This document shows positions 12,276-27,500 of a stretch of DNA of 64,000 bases, one piece after another; within the stretch, counting starts at the first letter, position 1, and every line of letters starts with the position of its first letter. Source of the DNA: the human T2T-CHM13v2.0 reference genome, Homo sapiens. Under the pieces are notes generated by a model, which saw nothing but the letters and a program-made list of their open reading frames with translations, had not been told where the DNA came from and searched no databases. A program made the translations under genes and the position numbers. The DNA lies in assembly GCF_009914755.1 (NCBI RefSeq), contig NC_060925.1. One strand, given 5' to 3'.

Positions 12276-15200
12276 AATACCAATTGATGATGTTTATTTT
12301 TGATTCCATTTGATGATGATTACATTCCATTCCATTTGATCATGATTCCATTCGATTCCACTCGATGATTCCATTCGATTCCATTCAATGATTATTCCAT
12401 TTGAGTCGATTCGATGACTCCATTCGATTGTATTCGATGGTGGTTGAATTCGAGTCCATGGATTAATCCATTGCATTCCATTCGATGATTCCATTCGAGT
12501 CCATTCGATGATTCTATTCGATTGCATTCGATAATTCCATTCGATTGCATTCGATAAATCCATTTGATTCCATTTGAGGATAATTCCATTTGAGTCCATT
12601 CGATGATTGTTCCATTCGATTCTATTCGGTGATTCCATTCGACTTCATTTGATAATGATTCCATTCGAGACCATTCGATGATTCTATTCAATTCCATTCA
12701 ATAATGATTCCATTCGAGTCCATTCAACGATTCCATTCAAGTCCATTCGATGATTCCATCTGATTCCATTCAATGAATCCATGCGATTCCATTCTATGAT
12801 GATTCCATTCATTTCCATCTGATGATGATTCCATTCGATTCCATTCAATGATTCCTTTCGATTCCATTTGATGATGATTTCAATCAATTTCATTCGATGA
12901 TTCCATTCGAATCCATTCGATGATGAGTCCATCCATTTCAATTTCATGATAATTCCATTCGTTTCAATTCGATGGTGTTTCCATTCGATTCCATTCGATG
13001 TTGATTCCATTAGTTTCCATTGGATGATGATTCCATTCGAGTCCATTCAATGATGATCACATTGGATTTCATTCCATAATTCTATTCGATTTCATTTGAT
13101 GATGATTCCATCTGATTCCTTTTGATGATCCCATTCGATTCCATTCGATGATGATTCCATTCGTTTCCATCCGATGATGATTCCATTCGATTCCGTTCAA
13201 TGATTATTCCATTCGAGTCCATTCGATGATTCCATTCGATTCCATTCGATGATGATTGCATTCGAGTCCATGGATTCTTCCATTCCATTCCATTAGATGA
13301 TTTCATTCGAGTCCGTTCGATGATTCTCTTCGATTCCATTCGATAATTCCGTTTGATTCCGTTTGATGTTGATTCCATTCGGGTCCATTCGATGATAATT
13401 CCATTCGATTCTATGCGATGATTCCATTCCATTCCATTTGGAGATGGTTCCATTCGAGACCATTCGTTGATTGCATTCAATTCATTCGATGACGATTCCA
13501 TTCAATTCCGTTCAATGATTCCATTAGATTCCATTTGATGATGATTCCATTCGATTCCATTTGATGATGATTTCATGCGATTCCATTAGATGATGACTCC
13601 TTTCATTTCCATTCAATGAGGATTCCATTCGGTTCCATTTGATGATGATTCCTTTGAATTCCGTTTGGTGACAATTCCATTCAATACCAATTGATGATGG
13701 TTATTTTGATTCCATTTGATGATGATTAGTTTCGATTCCATTTGATCATGATTCCATTCGATTCCACTCGATGATTCCATTCAATGATGATTCCATTCGA
13801 GTTCGTTGACTATTCCATTCCATTTCATTCGACGATTCCTTTCAAGTCCATTCGATGATTCTGTTCGATTGCATTCGATTATTCCATTCGATTGCATTCG
13901 ATAATTCCATTCGATTCCATTTGAGGATAATTCCATTTGAGTCCATTCGATGATTGTTCCATTCGATTCTATTCGGTGATTCCATTCGATTCCATTTGAT
14001 AATGATTCCATTCGAGACCATTCGATGATTCCATTCAATTCCATTCAATAATGATTCCATTCGAGTCCATTCAATGATTCCATTCAAGTCCATTCGATGA
14101 TTCCATCTGATTCCATTCAATGAATCCATTCGAATCCATTCTATGATGATTCCATTCATTTCCATCTGATGATGATTCCATTCGATTCCATTCAATGATT
14201 CCATTCGATTCCATTTGATGATGATTTCAATCAATTTCATTCGATGATTCCATTCGAATCCATTCGATGATGATTCCATCCATTTCAATTTCACGATAAT
14301 TCCATTCGTTTCAATTCGATGGAGTTTCCATTCGATTCCATTCGATGTTGATTCCATTAGTTTCCATTGGATGATGATTCCATTCGAGTCCATTCGATGA
14401 TGATCACAATGGATTTCATTCCATAATTCTATTCGATTCCATTTGACGATGATTCCATCTGATTCCATTTGATGATTCCATTCGTTTCCGTCCGATGATG
14501 ATTCCATTCGATTCCGTTCAATGATTATTCCATTCGAGTCCATTCTATGATTCCATTCGATTCCATTCGATGATGATTGCATTCGAGACCATGGATTCTT
14601 CCATTCCATTCCATTAGATGATTCCATTCGAGCCCATTCGATGATTCTCTTCGATTCCATTCGATAATTCCGTTTGATTCCGTTTGATGATGATTCCATT
14701 CGAGTCCATTCAATGATAATTCCATTCGATTCTATGCGATGATTCCATTCCTTTCCATTTGGAGGTGGTTCCATTCGAGACCATTCGTTGATTGCATTCA
14801 ATTCATTCGATGACGATTCCATTGAATTCCGTTCAATGATTCCATTAGATTCCATTTAATGATGATTCCATTCGATTCCATTTGATGATGATTCCATGCG
14901 ATTCCATTAGATGATGACTCCTTTCATTTCCATTCAATGAGGATTCCATTCGGTTCCATTTGATGATGATTCCTTTGAATTCCATTTGATGACAATTCCA
15001 TTCAATACCAATTGATGATGTTTATTTTTGATTCCATTTGATGATGATTACATTCCATTCCATTTGATCATGATTCCATTCGATTCCACTCTATGATTCC
15101 ATTCGATTCCATTCAATGATTATTCCATTTGAGTCGATTCGATGACTCCATTCGATTGTATTCGATGGTGATTGAATTCGAGTGCATGGATTAATCCATT

Positions 15201-18200
15201 GCATTCCATTCGATGATTCCATTCGGGTCCTTTCGATGATTCTATTCGATTGCATTCGATAATTCCATTCGATTGCATTCGATAAATCCATTTGATTCCA
15301 TTTGAAGATAATTCCATTTGAGTCCATTCGATGATTGTTCCATTCGATTCTATTCGGTGATTCCATTCGACTTCATTTGATAATGATTCCATTCGAGACC
15401 ATTCGATGATTCTATTCAATTCCATTCAATAATGATTCCATTCGAGTCCATTCAACGATTCCATTCAAGTCCATTCGATGATTCCATCTGATTCCATTCA
15501 ATGAATCCATTCGATTCCATTCTATGATGATTCCATTCATTTCCATCTGATGATGATTCCATTCGATTCCATTCAATGATTCCTTTCGATTCCATTTGAT
15601 GATGATTTCAATCAATTACATTCGATGATTCCATTCGAATCCATTCGATGATGAGTCCATCCATTTCAATTTCATGATAATTCCATTCATTTCAATTCGA
15701 TGGTGTTTCCATTCGATTCCATTCGATGTTGATTCCATTAGTTTCCATTGGATGATGATTCCATTCGAGTCCATTCAATAATGATCACATTGGATTTCAT
15801 TCCATAATTCTATTCGATTCCATTTGATGATGATTCCATCTGATTCCATTTGATGATCCCATTCGATTCCATTCGATGATGATTCCATTCGTTTCCATCC
15901 GATGATGATTCATTCGTTTCCGTTCAATGATTATTCCATTCGAGTCCATTCGATGATTCCATTCGATTCCATTCGATGATGATTGCATTCGAGTCCATGG
16001 ATTCTTCCATTCCATTGCATTAGATGATTCCATTCGAGTCCGTTCGATGATTCTCTTCGATTCCATTCGATAATTCCGTTTGATTCCGTTTGATGTTGAT
16101 TCCATTCGAGTCCATTCGATGATAATTCCATTCGATTCTATGCGATGATTCCATTCCATTCCATTTGGAGGTGGTTCCATTCGAGACCATTCGTTGATTG
16201 CATTGAATTCATTCGATGACGATTCCATTCAATTCCGTTCAATGATTCCATTAGATTCCATTTGATGATGATTCCATGCGATTCCATTAGATGATGACTC
16301 CTTTCATTTCCATTCAATGAGGATTCCATTCGGTTCCATTTGATGATGATTCCTTTGAATTCCGTTTGATGACAATTCCATTCAATACCTATTGATGATG
16401 TTTATTTTTGATTCCATTTGATGATGATTACATTCGATTCCATTTGATCATGATTCCATTCGATTCCACTCGATGATTCCATTCAATGATGATTCCATTC
16501 GAGTTCATTGACTATTCCATTCCATTTCAATCGATGATTCCTTTCAAGTCCATTCGATGATTCTGTTCGATTGCATTCGATTATTCCATTCGATTGCATT
16601 CGTTAATTCCATTCGATTCCATTTGAGGATAATTCCATTTGAGTCCATTCGATGATTGTTCCATTCGATTGTATTCGGTGATTCCATTCGATTCCATTTG
16701 ATAATGATTCCATTCGAGACCATTCGATGATTCCATTCAATTCCATTCCATAATGATTCCATTCGAGTCCATTCAATGATTCCATTCAAGTCCATTCGAT
16801 GATTCCATCTGATTCCATTCAATGAATCCATTCGATTCCATTCTATGATGATTCCATTCATTTCCATTTGATGATGATTCCATTCGATTCCATTCAATGA
16901 TTCCATTCGATTCCATTTGATGATGATTTCAATCAATTTCATTCGATGATTCCATTCGAATCCATTCGGTGATGAGTCCATCCATTTCAATTTCATGATA
17001 ATTCCATTCGTTTCAATTCGATGGAGTTTCCATTCGATTCCATTCGATGTTGATTCCATTAGTTTCCATTGGATGATGATTTCATTCGAGTCCATTCGAT
17101 GATGATCACAATGGATTTCATTCCATAATTGTATTCGATTCCATTTGATGATGATTCCATCTGATTCCATTTGATGATTCCATTCGTTTCCATCCGATGG
17201 TGATTCCATTCGATTCCGTTCAATGATTATTCCATTCGAGTCCATTCTATGATTCCATTCGATTCCATTCGATGATGATTGCATTCGAGAAAATGGATTC
17301 TTCCATTCCATTCCATTAGATGATTCCATTCGAGTCCATTCGATGATTCTCTTCGATTCCATTCGATAATTCCGTTTGATTCTGTTTGATGTTGATTCCA
17401 TTCGAGTCCATTCAATGATAATTCCATTCGATTCTATGCGATGATTCCATTCCTTTCCATTTGGAGGTGGTTCCTTCGAGACCATTCGTTGATTGCATTC
17501 AATTCATTCGATGACGATTCCATTGAATTCCGTTCAATGATTCCATTAGATTCCATTTGATGATGATTCCATTCGATTCAATTTGATGATGATTTCATGT
17601 GATTCCATTAGATGATGACTCCTTTCATTTCCATTCAATGAGGATTCCAATCGGTTCCATTTGATGATGATTCCTTTGAATTCCATTTGATGACAATTCC
17701 ATTCAAAACCAATTGATGATGTTTATTTTTGATTCCATTTGATGATGATTACATTCCATTCCATTTGATCATGATTCCATTCGATTCCACTCGATGATTC
17801 CATTCGATTCCATTCAATGATTATTCCATTTGAGTCGATTCGATGACTCCATTCGATTGTATTCGATGGTGATTGAATTCGAGTCCATGGATTAATCCAT
17901 TGCATTCCATTCGATGATTCCATTCGAGTCCATTCGATGATTCTATTCGATTGCATTCGATAATTCCATTCGATTGCATTCGATAAATCCATTTGATTCC
18001 ATTTGAGGATAATTCCATTTGAGTCCATTCGATGATTGTTCCATTCGATTCTATTCGGTGATTCCATTCGACTTCATTTGATAATGATTCCATTCGAGAC
18101 CATTCGATGATTCTATTCAATTCCATTCAATAATGATTCCATTCGAGTCCATTCAACGATTCCATTCAAGTCCATTCGATGATTCCATCTGATTCCATTC

Positions 18201-21200
18201 AATGAATCCATGCGATTCCATTCTATGATGATTCCATTCATTTCCATCTGATGATGATTCCATTCGATTCCATTCAATGATTCCTTTCGATTCCATTTGA
18301 TGATGATTTCAATCAATTTCATTCGATGATTCCATTCGAATCCATTCGATGATGAGTCCATCCATTTCAATTTCATGATAATTCCATTCGTTTCAATTCG
18401 ATGGTGTTTCCATTCGATTCCATTCGATGTTGATTCCATTAGTTTCCATTGGATGATGATTCCATTCGAGTCCATTCAATGATGATCACATTGGATTTCA
18501 TTCCATAATTCTATTCGATTTCATTTGATGATGATTCCATCTGATTCCTTTTGATGATCCCATTCGATTCCATTCGATGATGATTCCATTCGTTTCCATC
18601 CGATGATGATTCCATTCGATTCCGTTCAATGATTATTCCATTCGAGTCCATTCGATGATTCCATTCGATTCCATTCGATGATGATTGCATTCGAGTCCAT
18701 GGATTCTTCCATTCCATTCCATTAGATGATTCCATTCGAGCCCGTTCGATGATTCTCTTCGATTCCATTCGATAATTCCGTTTGATTCCGTTTGATGTTG
18801 ATTCCATTCGGGTCCATTCGATGATAATTCCATTCGATTCTATGCGATGATTCCATTCCATTCCATTTGGAGATGGTTCCATTCGAGACCATTCGTTGAT
18901 TGCATTCAATTCATTCGATGACGATTCCATTCAATTCTGTTCAATGATTCCATTAGATTCCATTTGATGATGATTCCATTCGATTCCATTTGATGATGAT
19001 TCCATGCGATTCCATTAGATGATGACTCCTTTCATTTCCATTCAATGAGGATTCCATTCGGTTCCATTTGATGATGATTCCTTTGAATTCCGTTTGGTGA
19101 CAATTCCATTCAATACCAATTAATGATGGTCATTTTGATTCCATTTGATGATGATTACTTTCGATTCCATTTGATCATGATTCCATTCGATTCCACTCGA
19201 TGATTCCATTCAATGATGATTCCATTCGAGTTCATTGACTATTCCATTCCATTTCAATCGATGATTCCTTTCAAGTCCATTCGATGATTCTGTTCGATTG
19301 CATTCGATTATTCCATTCGATTGCATTCGTTAATTCCATTCGATTCCATTTGAGGATAATTCCATTTGAGTCCATTCGATGATTGTTCCATTCGATTCTA
19401 TTCGGTGATTCCATTCGATTCCATTTGATAATGATTCCATTCGAGACCATTCGATGATTCCTTTCAATTCCATTCCATAATGATTCCATTCGAGTCCATT
19501 CAATGATTCCATTCAAGTCCATTCGATGATTCCATCTGATTCCATTCAATGAATCCATTCGATTCCATTCTATGATGATTCCATTCATTTCCATCTGATG
19601 ATGATTCCATTCGATTCCATTCAATGATTCCATTCGATTCCATTTGATGATGATTTCAATCAATTTCATTCGATGATTCCATTCGAATCTATTCGATGAT
19701 GAGTCCATCCATTTCAATTTCATGATAATTCCATTCGTTTCAATTCGATGGAGTTTCCATTCGATTCCATTCGATGTTGATTCCATTAGTTTCCATTGGA
19801 TGATGATTCCATTCGAGTCCATTCGATGATGATCACAATGGATTTCATTCCATAATTGTATTCGATTCCATTTGATGATGATTCCATCTGATTCCATTTG
19901 ATGATTCCATTCGTTTCCATCCGATGGTGATTCCATTCGATTCCGTTCAATGATTATTCCATTCGAGTCCATTCTATGATTCCATTCGATTCCATTCGAT
20001 GATGATTGCATTCGAGACCATGGATTCTTCCATTCCATTCCATTAGATGATTCCATTCGAGTCCATTCGATGATTCTCTTCGATTCCATTCGATAATTCC
20101 GTTTGATTCTGTTTGATGTTGATTCCATTCGAGTCCATTCAATGATAATTCCATTCGATTCTATGCGATGATTCCATTCCTTTCCATTTGGAGGTGGTTC
20201 CATTCGAGACCATTCGTTGATTGCATTCAATTCATTCGATGACGATTCCATTGAATTCCGTTCAATGATTCCATTAGATTCCATTTAATGATGATTCCAT
20301 TCGATTCCATTTGATGATGATTCCATGCGATTCCATTAGATGATGACTCCTTTCATTTCCATTCAATGAGGATTCCATTCGGTTCCATTTGATGATGATT
20401 CCTTTGAATTCCATTTGATGACAATTCCATTCAATACCAATTGATGATGTTTATTTTTGATTCCATTTGATGATGATTACATTCCATTCCATTTGATCAT
20501 GATTCCATTCGATTCCACTCGATGATTCCATTCGATTCCATTCAATGATTATTCCATTTGAGTCGATTCGATGACTCCATTCGATTGTATTCGATGGTGG
20601 TTGAATTCGAGTCCATGGATTAATCCATTGCATTCCATTCGATGATTCCATTCGAGTCCATTCGATGATTCTATTCGATTGCATTCGATAATTCCATTCG
20701 ATTGCATTCGATAAATCCATTTGATTCCATTTGAGGATAATTCCATTTGAGTCCATTCGATGATTGTTCCATTCGATTCTATTCGGTGATTCCATTCGAC
20801 TTCATTTGATAATGATTCCATTCGAGACCATTCGATGATTCTATTCAATTCCATTCAATAATGATTCCATTCGAGGCCATTCAACGATTCCATTCAAGTC
20901 CATTCGATGATTCCATCTGATTCCATTCAATGAATCCATGCGATTCCATTCTATGATGATTCCATTCATTTCCATCTGATGATGATTCCATTCGATTCCA
21001 TTCAATGATTCCTTTCGATTCCATTTGATGATGATTTCAATCAATTTCATTCGATGATTCCATTCGAATCCATTCGATGATGAGTCCATCCATTTCAATT
21101 TCATGATAATTCCATTCGTTTCAATTCGATGGTGTTTCCATTCGATTCCATTCGATGTTGATTCCATTAGTTTCCATTGGATGATGATTCCATTCGAGTC

Positions 21201-24200
21201 CATTCAATGATGATCACATTGGATTTCATTCCATAATTCTATTCGATTTCATTTGATGATGATTCCATCTGATTCCTTTTGATGATCCCATTCGATTCCA
21301 TTCGATGATGATTCCATTCGTTTCCATCCAATGATGATTCCATTCGATTCCGTTCAATGATTATTCCATTCGAGTCCATTCGATGATTCCATTCGATTCC
21401 ATTCGATGATGATTGCATTCGAGTCCATGGATTCTTCCATTCCATTCCATTAGATGATTCCATTCGAGCCCGTTCGATGATTCTCTTCGATTCCATTCGA
21501 TAATTCCGTTTGATTCCGTTTGATGTTGATTCCATTCGGGTCCATTCGATGATAATTCCATTCGATTCTATGCGATGATTCCATTCCATTCCATTTGGAG
21601 ATGGTTCCATTCGAGACCATTCGTTGATTGCATTCAATTCATTCGATGACGATTCCATTCAATTCTGTTCAATGATTCCATTAGATTCCATTTGATGATG
21701 ATTCCATTCGATTCCATTTGATGATGATTCCATGCGATTCCATTAGATGATGACTCCTTTCATTTCCATTCAATGAGGATTCCATTCGGTTCCATTTGAT
21801 GATGATTCCTTTGAATTCCGTTTGGTGACAATTCCATTCAATACCAATTAATGATGGTTATTTTGATTCCATTTGATGATGATTACTTTCGATTCCATTT
21901 GATCATGATTCCATTCGATTCCACTCGATGATTCCATTCAATGATGATTCCATTCGAGTTCATTGACTATTCCATTCCATTTCAATCGATGATTCCTTTC
22001 AAGTCCATTCGATGATTCTGTTCGATTGCATTCGATTATTCCATTCGATTGCATTCGTTAATTCCATTCGATTCCATTTGAGGATAATTCCATTTGAGTC
22101 CATTCGATGATTGTTCCATTCGATTCTATTCGGTGATTCCATTCGATTCCATTTGATAATGATTCCATTCGAGACCATTCGATGATTCCTTTCAATTCCA
22201 TTCCATAATGATTCCATTCGAGTCCATTCAATGATTCCATTCAAGTCCATTCGATGATTCCATCTGATTCCATTCAATGAATCCATTCGATTCCATTCTA
22301 TGATGATTCCATTCATTTCCATCTGATGATGATTCCATTCGATTCCATTCAATGATTCCATTCGATTCCATTTGATGATGATTTCAATCAATTTCATTCG
22401 ATGATTCCATTCGAATCTATTCGATGATGAGTCCATCCATTTCAATTTCATGATAATTCCATTCGTTTCAATTCGATGGAGTTTCCATTCGATTCCATTC
22501 GATGTTGATTCCATTAGTTTCCATTGGATGATGATTCCATTCGAGTCCATTCGATGATGATCACAATGGATTTCATTCCATAATTGTATTCGATTCCATT
22601 TGATGATGATTCCATCTGATTCCATTTGATGATTCCATTCGTTTCCATCCGATGGTGATTCCATTCGATTCCGTTCAATGATTATTCCATTCGAGTCCAT
22701 TCTATGATTCCATTCGATTCCATTCGATGATGATTGCATTCGAGACCATGGATTCTTCCATTCCATTCCATTAGATGATTCCATTCGAGTCCATTCGATG
22801 ATTCTCTTCGATTCCATTCGATAATTCCGTTTGATTCTGTTTGATGTTGATTCCATTCGAGTCCATTCAATGATAATTCCATTCGATTCTATGCGATGAT
22901 TCCATTCCTTTCCATTTGGAGGTGGTTCCATTCGAGACCATTCGTTGATTGCATTCAATTCATTCGATGACGATTCCATTGAATTCCGTTCAATGATTCC
23001 ATTAGATTCCATTTAATGATGATTCCATTCGATTCCATTTGATGATGATTCCATGCGATTCCATTAGATGATGACTCCTTTCATTTCCATTCAATGAGGA
23101 TTCCATTCGGTTCCATTTGATGATGATTCCTTTGAATTCCATTTGATGACAATTCCATTCAATACCAATTGATGATGTTTATTTTTGATTCCATTTGATG
23201 ATGATTACATTCCATTCCATTTGATCATGATTCCATTCGATTCCACTCGATAATTCCATTCGATTCCATTCAATGATTATTCCATTTGAGTCGATTCGAT
23301 GACTCCATTCGATTGTATTCGATGGTGGTTGAATTCGAGTCCATGGATTAATCCATTGCATTCCATTCGATGATTCCATTCGAGTCCATTCGATGATTCT
23401 ATTCGATTGCATTCGATAATTCCATTCGATTGCATTCGATAAATCCATTTGATTCCATTTGAGGATAATTCCATTTGAGTCCATTCGATGATTGTTCCAT
23501 TCGATTCTATTCGGTGATTCCATTCGACTTCATTTGATAATGATTCCATTCGAGACCATTCGATGATTCTATTCAATTCCATTCAATAATGATTCCATTC
23601 GAGGCCATTCAACGATTCCATTCAAGTCCATTCGATGATTCCATCTGATTCCATTCAATGAATCCATGCGATTCCATTCTATGATGATTCCATTCATTTC
23701 CATCTGATGATGATTCCATTCGATTCCATTCAATGATTCCTTTCGATTCCATTTGATGATGATTTCAATCAATTTCATTCGATGATTCCATTCGAATCCA
23801 TTCGATGATGAGTCCATCCATTTCAATTTCATGATAATTCCATTCGTTTCAATTCGATGGTGTTTCCATTCGATTCCATTCGATGTTGATTCCATTAGTT
23901 TCCATTGGATGATGATTCCATTCGAGTCCATTCAATGATGATCACATTGGATTTCATTCCATAATTCTATTCGATTTCATTTGATGATGATTCCATCTGA
24001 TTCCTTTTGATGATCCCATTCGATTCCATTCGATGATGATTCCATTCGTTTCCATCCGATGATGATTCCATTCGATTCCGTTCAATGATTATTCCATTCG
24101 AGTCCATTCGATGATTCCATTCGATTCCGTTCGATGATGATTGCATTCGAGTCCATGGATTCTTCCATTCCATTCCATTAGATGATTTCATTCGAGTCCG

Positions 24201-24567
24201 TTCGATGATTCTCTTCGATTCCATTCGATAATTCCGTTTGATTCCGTTTGATGTTGATTCCATTCGGGTCCATTCGATGATAATTCCATTCGATTCTATG
24301 CGATGATTCCATTCCATTCCATTTGGAGATGGTTCCATTCGAGACCATTCGTTGATTGCATTCAATTCATTCGATGACGATTCCATTCAATTCCGTTCAA
24401 TGATTCCATTAGATTCCATTTGATGATGATTCCATTCGATTCCATTTGATGATGATTCCATGCGATTCCATTAGATGATGACTCCTTTCATTTCCATTCA
24501 ATGAGGATTCCATTCGGTTCCATTTGATGATGATTCCTTTGAATTCCGTTTGGTGACAATTCCATTC

Positions 24568-27500
24568 AATACCAATTGATGATGGTTATTTTGATTCCAT
24601 TTGATGATGATTACTTTCGATTCCATTTGATCATGATTCCATTCGATTCCACTCGATGATTCCATTCAATGATGATTCCATTCGAGTTCATTGACTATTC
24701 CATTCCATTTCAATCGATGATTCCTTTCAAGTCCATTCGATGATTCTGTTCGATTGCATTCGATTATTCCATTCGATTGCATTCGATAATTCCATTCGAT
24801 TCCATTTGAGGATAATTCCATTTGAGTCCATTCGATGATTGTTCCATTCGATTCTATTCGGTGATTCCATTCGATTCCATTTGATAATGATTCCATTCGA
24901 GACCATTCGATGATTCCATTCAATTCCATTCCATAATGATTCCATTCGAGTCCATTCAATGATTCCATTCAAGTCCATTCGATGATTCCATCTGATTCCA
25001 TTCAATGAATCCATTCGATTCCATTCTATGATGATTCCATTCATTTCCATCTGATGATGATTCCATTCGATTCCATTCAATGATTCCATTCGATTCCATT
25101 TGATGATGATTTCAATCAATTTCATTCGATGATTCCATTCGAATCCATTCGATGATGATTCCATCCATTTCAATTTCATGATAATTCCATTCGTTTCAAT
25201 TCGATGGAGTTTCCATTCGATTCCATTCGATGTTGATTCCATTAGTTTCCATTGGATGATGATTCCATTCGAGTCCATTCGATGATGATCACAATGGATT
25301 TCATTCCATAATTGTATTCGATTCCATTTGATGATGATTCCATCTGATTCCATTTGATGATTCCATTCGTTTCCATCCGATGGTGATTCCATTCGATTCC
25401 GTTCAATGATTATTCCATTCGAGTCCATTCTATGATTCCATTCGATTCCATTCGATGATGATTGCATTCGAGACCATGGATTCTTCCATTCCATTCCATT
25501 AGATGATTCCATTCGAGTCCATTCGATGATTCTCTTCGATTCCATTCGATAATTCCGTTTGATTCTGTTTGATGTTGATTCCATTCGAGTCCATTCAATG
25601 ATAATTCCATTCGATTCTATGCGATGATTCCATTCCTTTCCATTTGGAGGTGGTTCCTTCGAGACCATTTGTTGATTGCATTCAATTCATTCGATGACGA
25701 TTTCATTGAATTCCGTTCAATGATTCCATTAGATTCCATTTGATGATGATTCCATTCGATTCCATTTGATGATGATTCCATGTGATTTCATTAGATGATG
25801 ACTCCTTTCATTTCCATTCAATGAGGATTCCAACCGGTTCCATTTGATGATGATTCCTTTGAATTCCATTTGATGACAATTCCATTCAATACCAATTGAT
25901 GATGTTTATTTTTGATTCCATTTGACGATGATTATATTCGATTCCATTTGATCATGATTCCATTCGATTCCACTCGATGATTCCATTCGATTCCGTTCAA
26001 TGATTATTCCATTTGGGTTGATTCGATGACACCATTCGATTGTATTCGATGGTGATTGAATTCGAGTCCATGGATTAATCCATTGCATTCCATTCGATGA
26101 TTCCATTCGAGTCCATTCGATGATTCTATTCGATTGCATTCGATAATTCCATTCGATTGCATTCGATAAATCCATTTGATTCCATTTGAGGATAATTCCG
26201 TTTGAGTCCATTCGATGAGTGTTCCATTCGATTCTATTCGGTGATTCCATTCGACTTCATTTGATAATGATTCCATTCGAGACCATTCGATGATTCTATT
26301 CAATTCCATTCAATAATGATTCCATTCGAGTCCATTCAACGATTCCATTCAAGTCCATTCGATGATTCCGTCTGATTCCATTCAATGAATCCATGCGATT
26401 CCATTCTATGATGATTCCATTCATTTCCATCTGATGATGATTCCATTCGATTCCATTCAATGATTCCTTTCGATTCCATTTGATGATGATTTCAATCAAT
26501 TTCATTCGATGATTCCATTCGAATCCATTCGATGATGAGTCCATCCATTTCAATTTCATGATAATTCCATTCGTTTCAATTCGATGGTGTTTCCATTCGA
26601 TTCCATTCGATGTTGATTCCATTGGTTTCCATTGGATGATGATTCCATTCGAGTCCATTCAATGATGATCACATTGGATTTCATTCCATAATTCTATTCG
26701 ATTTCATTTGATGATGATTCCATCTGATTCCATTTGATGATCCCATTCGATTCCATTCGATGATGATTCCATTCGTTTCCATCCGATGATGATTCCATTC
26801 GATTCCGTTCAATGATTATTCCATTCGAGTCCATTCGATGATTCCATTCGATTCCATTCGATGATGATTGCATTCGAGTCCATGAATTCTTCCATTCCAT
26901 TCCATTAGATGATTCCATTCGAGTCCGTTCGATGATTCTCTTCGATTCCATTCGATAATTCCGTTTGATTCCGTTTGATGTTGATTCCATTCGAGTCCAT
27001 TCGATGATAATTCCATTCCATTCTATGCGACGATTCCATTCCATTCCATTTGGAGATGGTTCCATTCGAGACCATTCGTTGATTGCATTCAATTCATTCG
27101 ATGACGATTCCATTCAATTCCGTTCAATGATTCCATTAGATTCCATTTGATGATGATTCCATTCGATTCCATTTGATGATGATTCCATGCGATTCCATTA
27201 GAGGATGACTCCTTTCATTTCCATTCAATGAAGATTCCATTCGGTTCCATTTGATGATGATTCCTTTGAATTCCGTTTGATGACAATTCCATTCAATACC
27301 AATTGATGATGGTTATTTTGATTCCATTTGATGATGATTACTTTCGATTCCATTTGATCATGATTCCATTCGATTCCACTCGATGATTCCATTCAATGAT
27401 GATTCCATTCGAGTTCATTGACTATTCCATTCCATTTCAATCGATGATTCCTTTCAAGTCCATTCGATGATTCTGTTCGATTGCATTCGATTATTCCATT

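Larger units (their letters stand above)
5526..24567 (+). repeat. 8157-bp hexamer (A B' A' B A B) duplicated in tandem; the second copy is lengthened to 10885 bp by an internal 2728-bp duplication
   Basis: Landmarks 5526/13683, 6847/15004, 8227/16384 and 9548/17705 (both AAAACC variant) are offset by 8157, as is GAGAAAATGG at 9130/17287. The terminal-B marker (ORF with RMKSS) lies at 13082 and 23967, an offset of 10885 = 8157+2728. Confidence 0.9.

Noticed and set aside
26965-27150. The single plus-strand ORF (61 aa)
   Set aside because: It arises from a private TGA>CGA change (ATGCGACGATT at ~27031) that removes one stop; it is a chance event.
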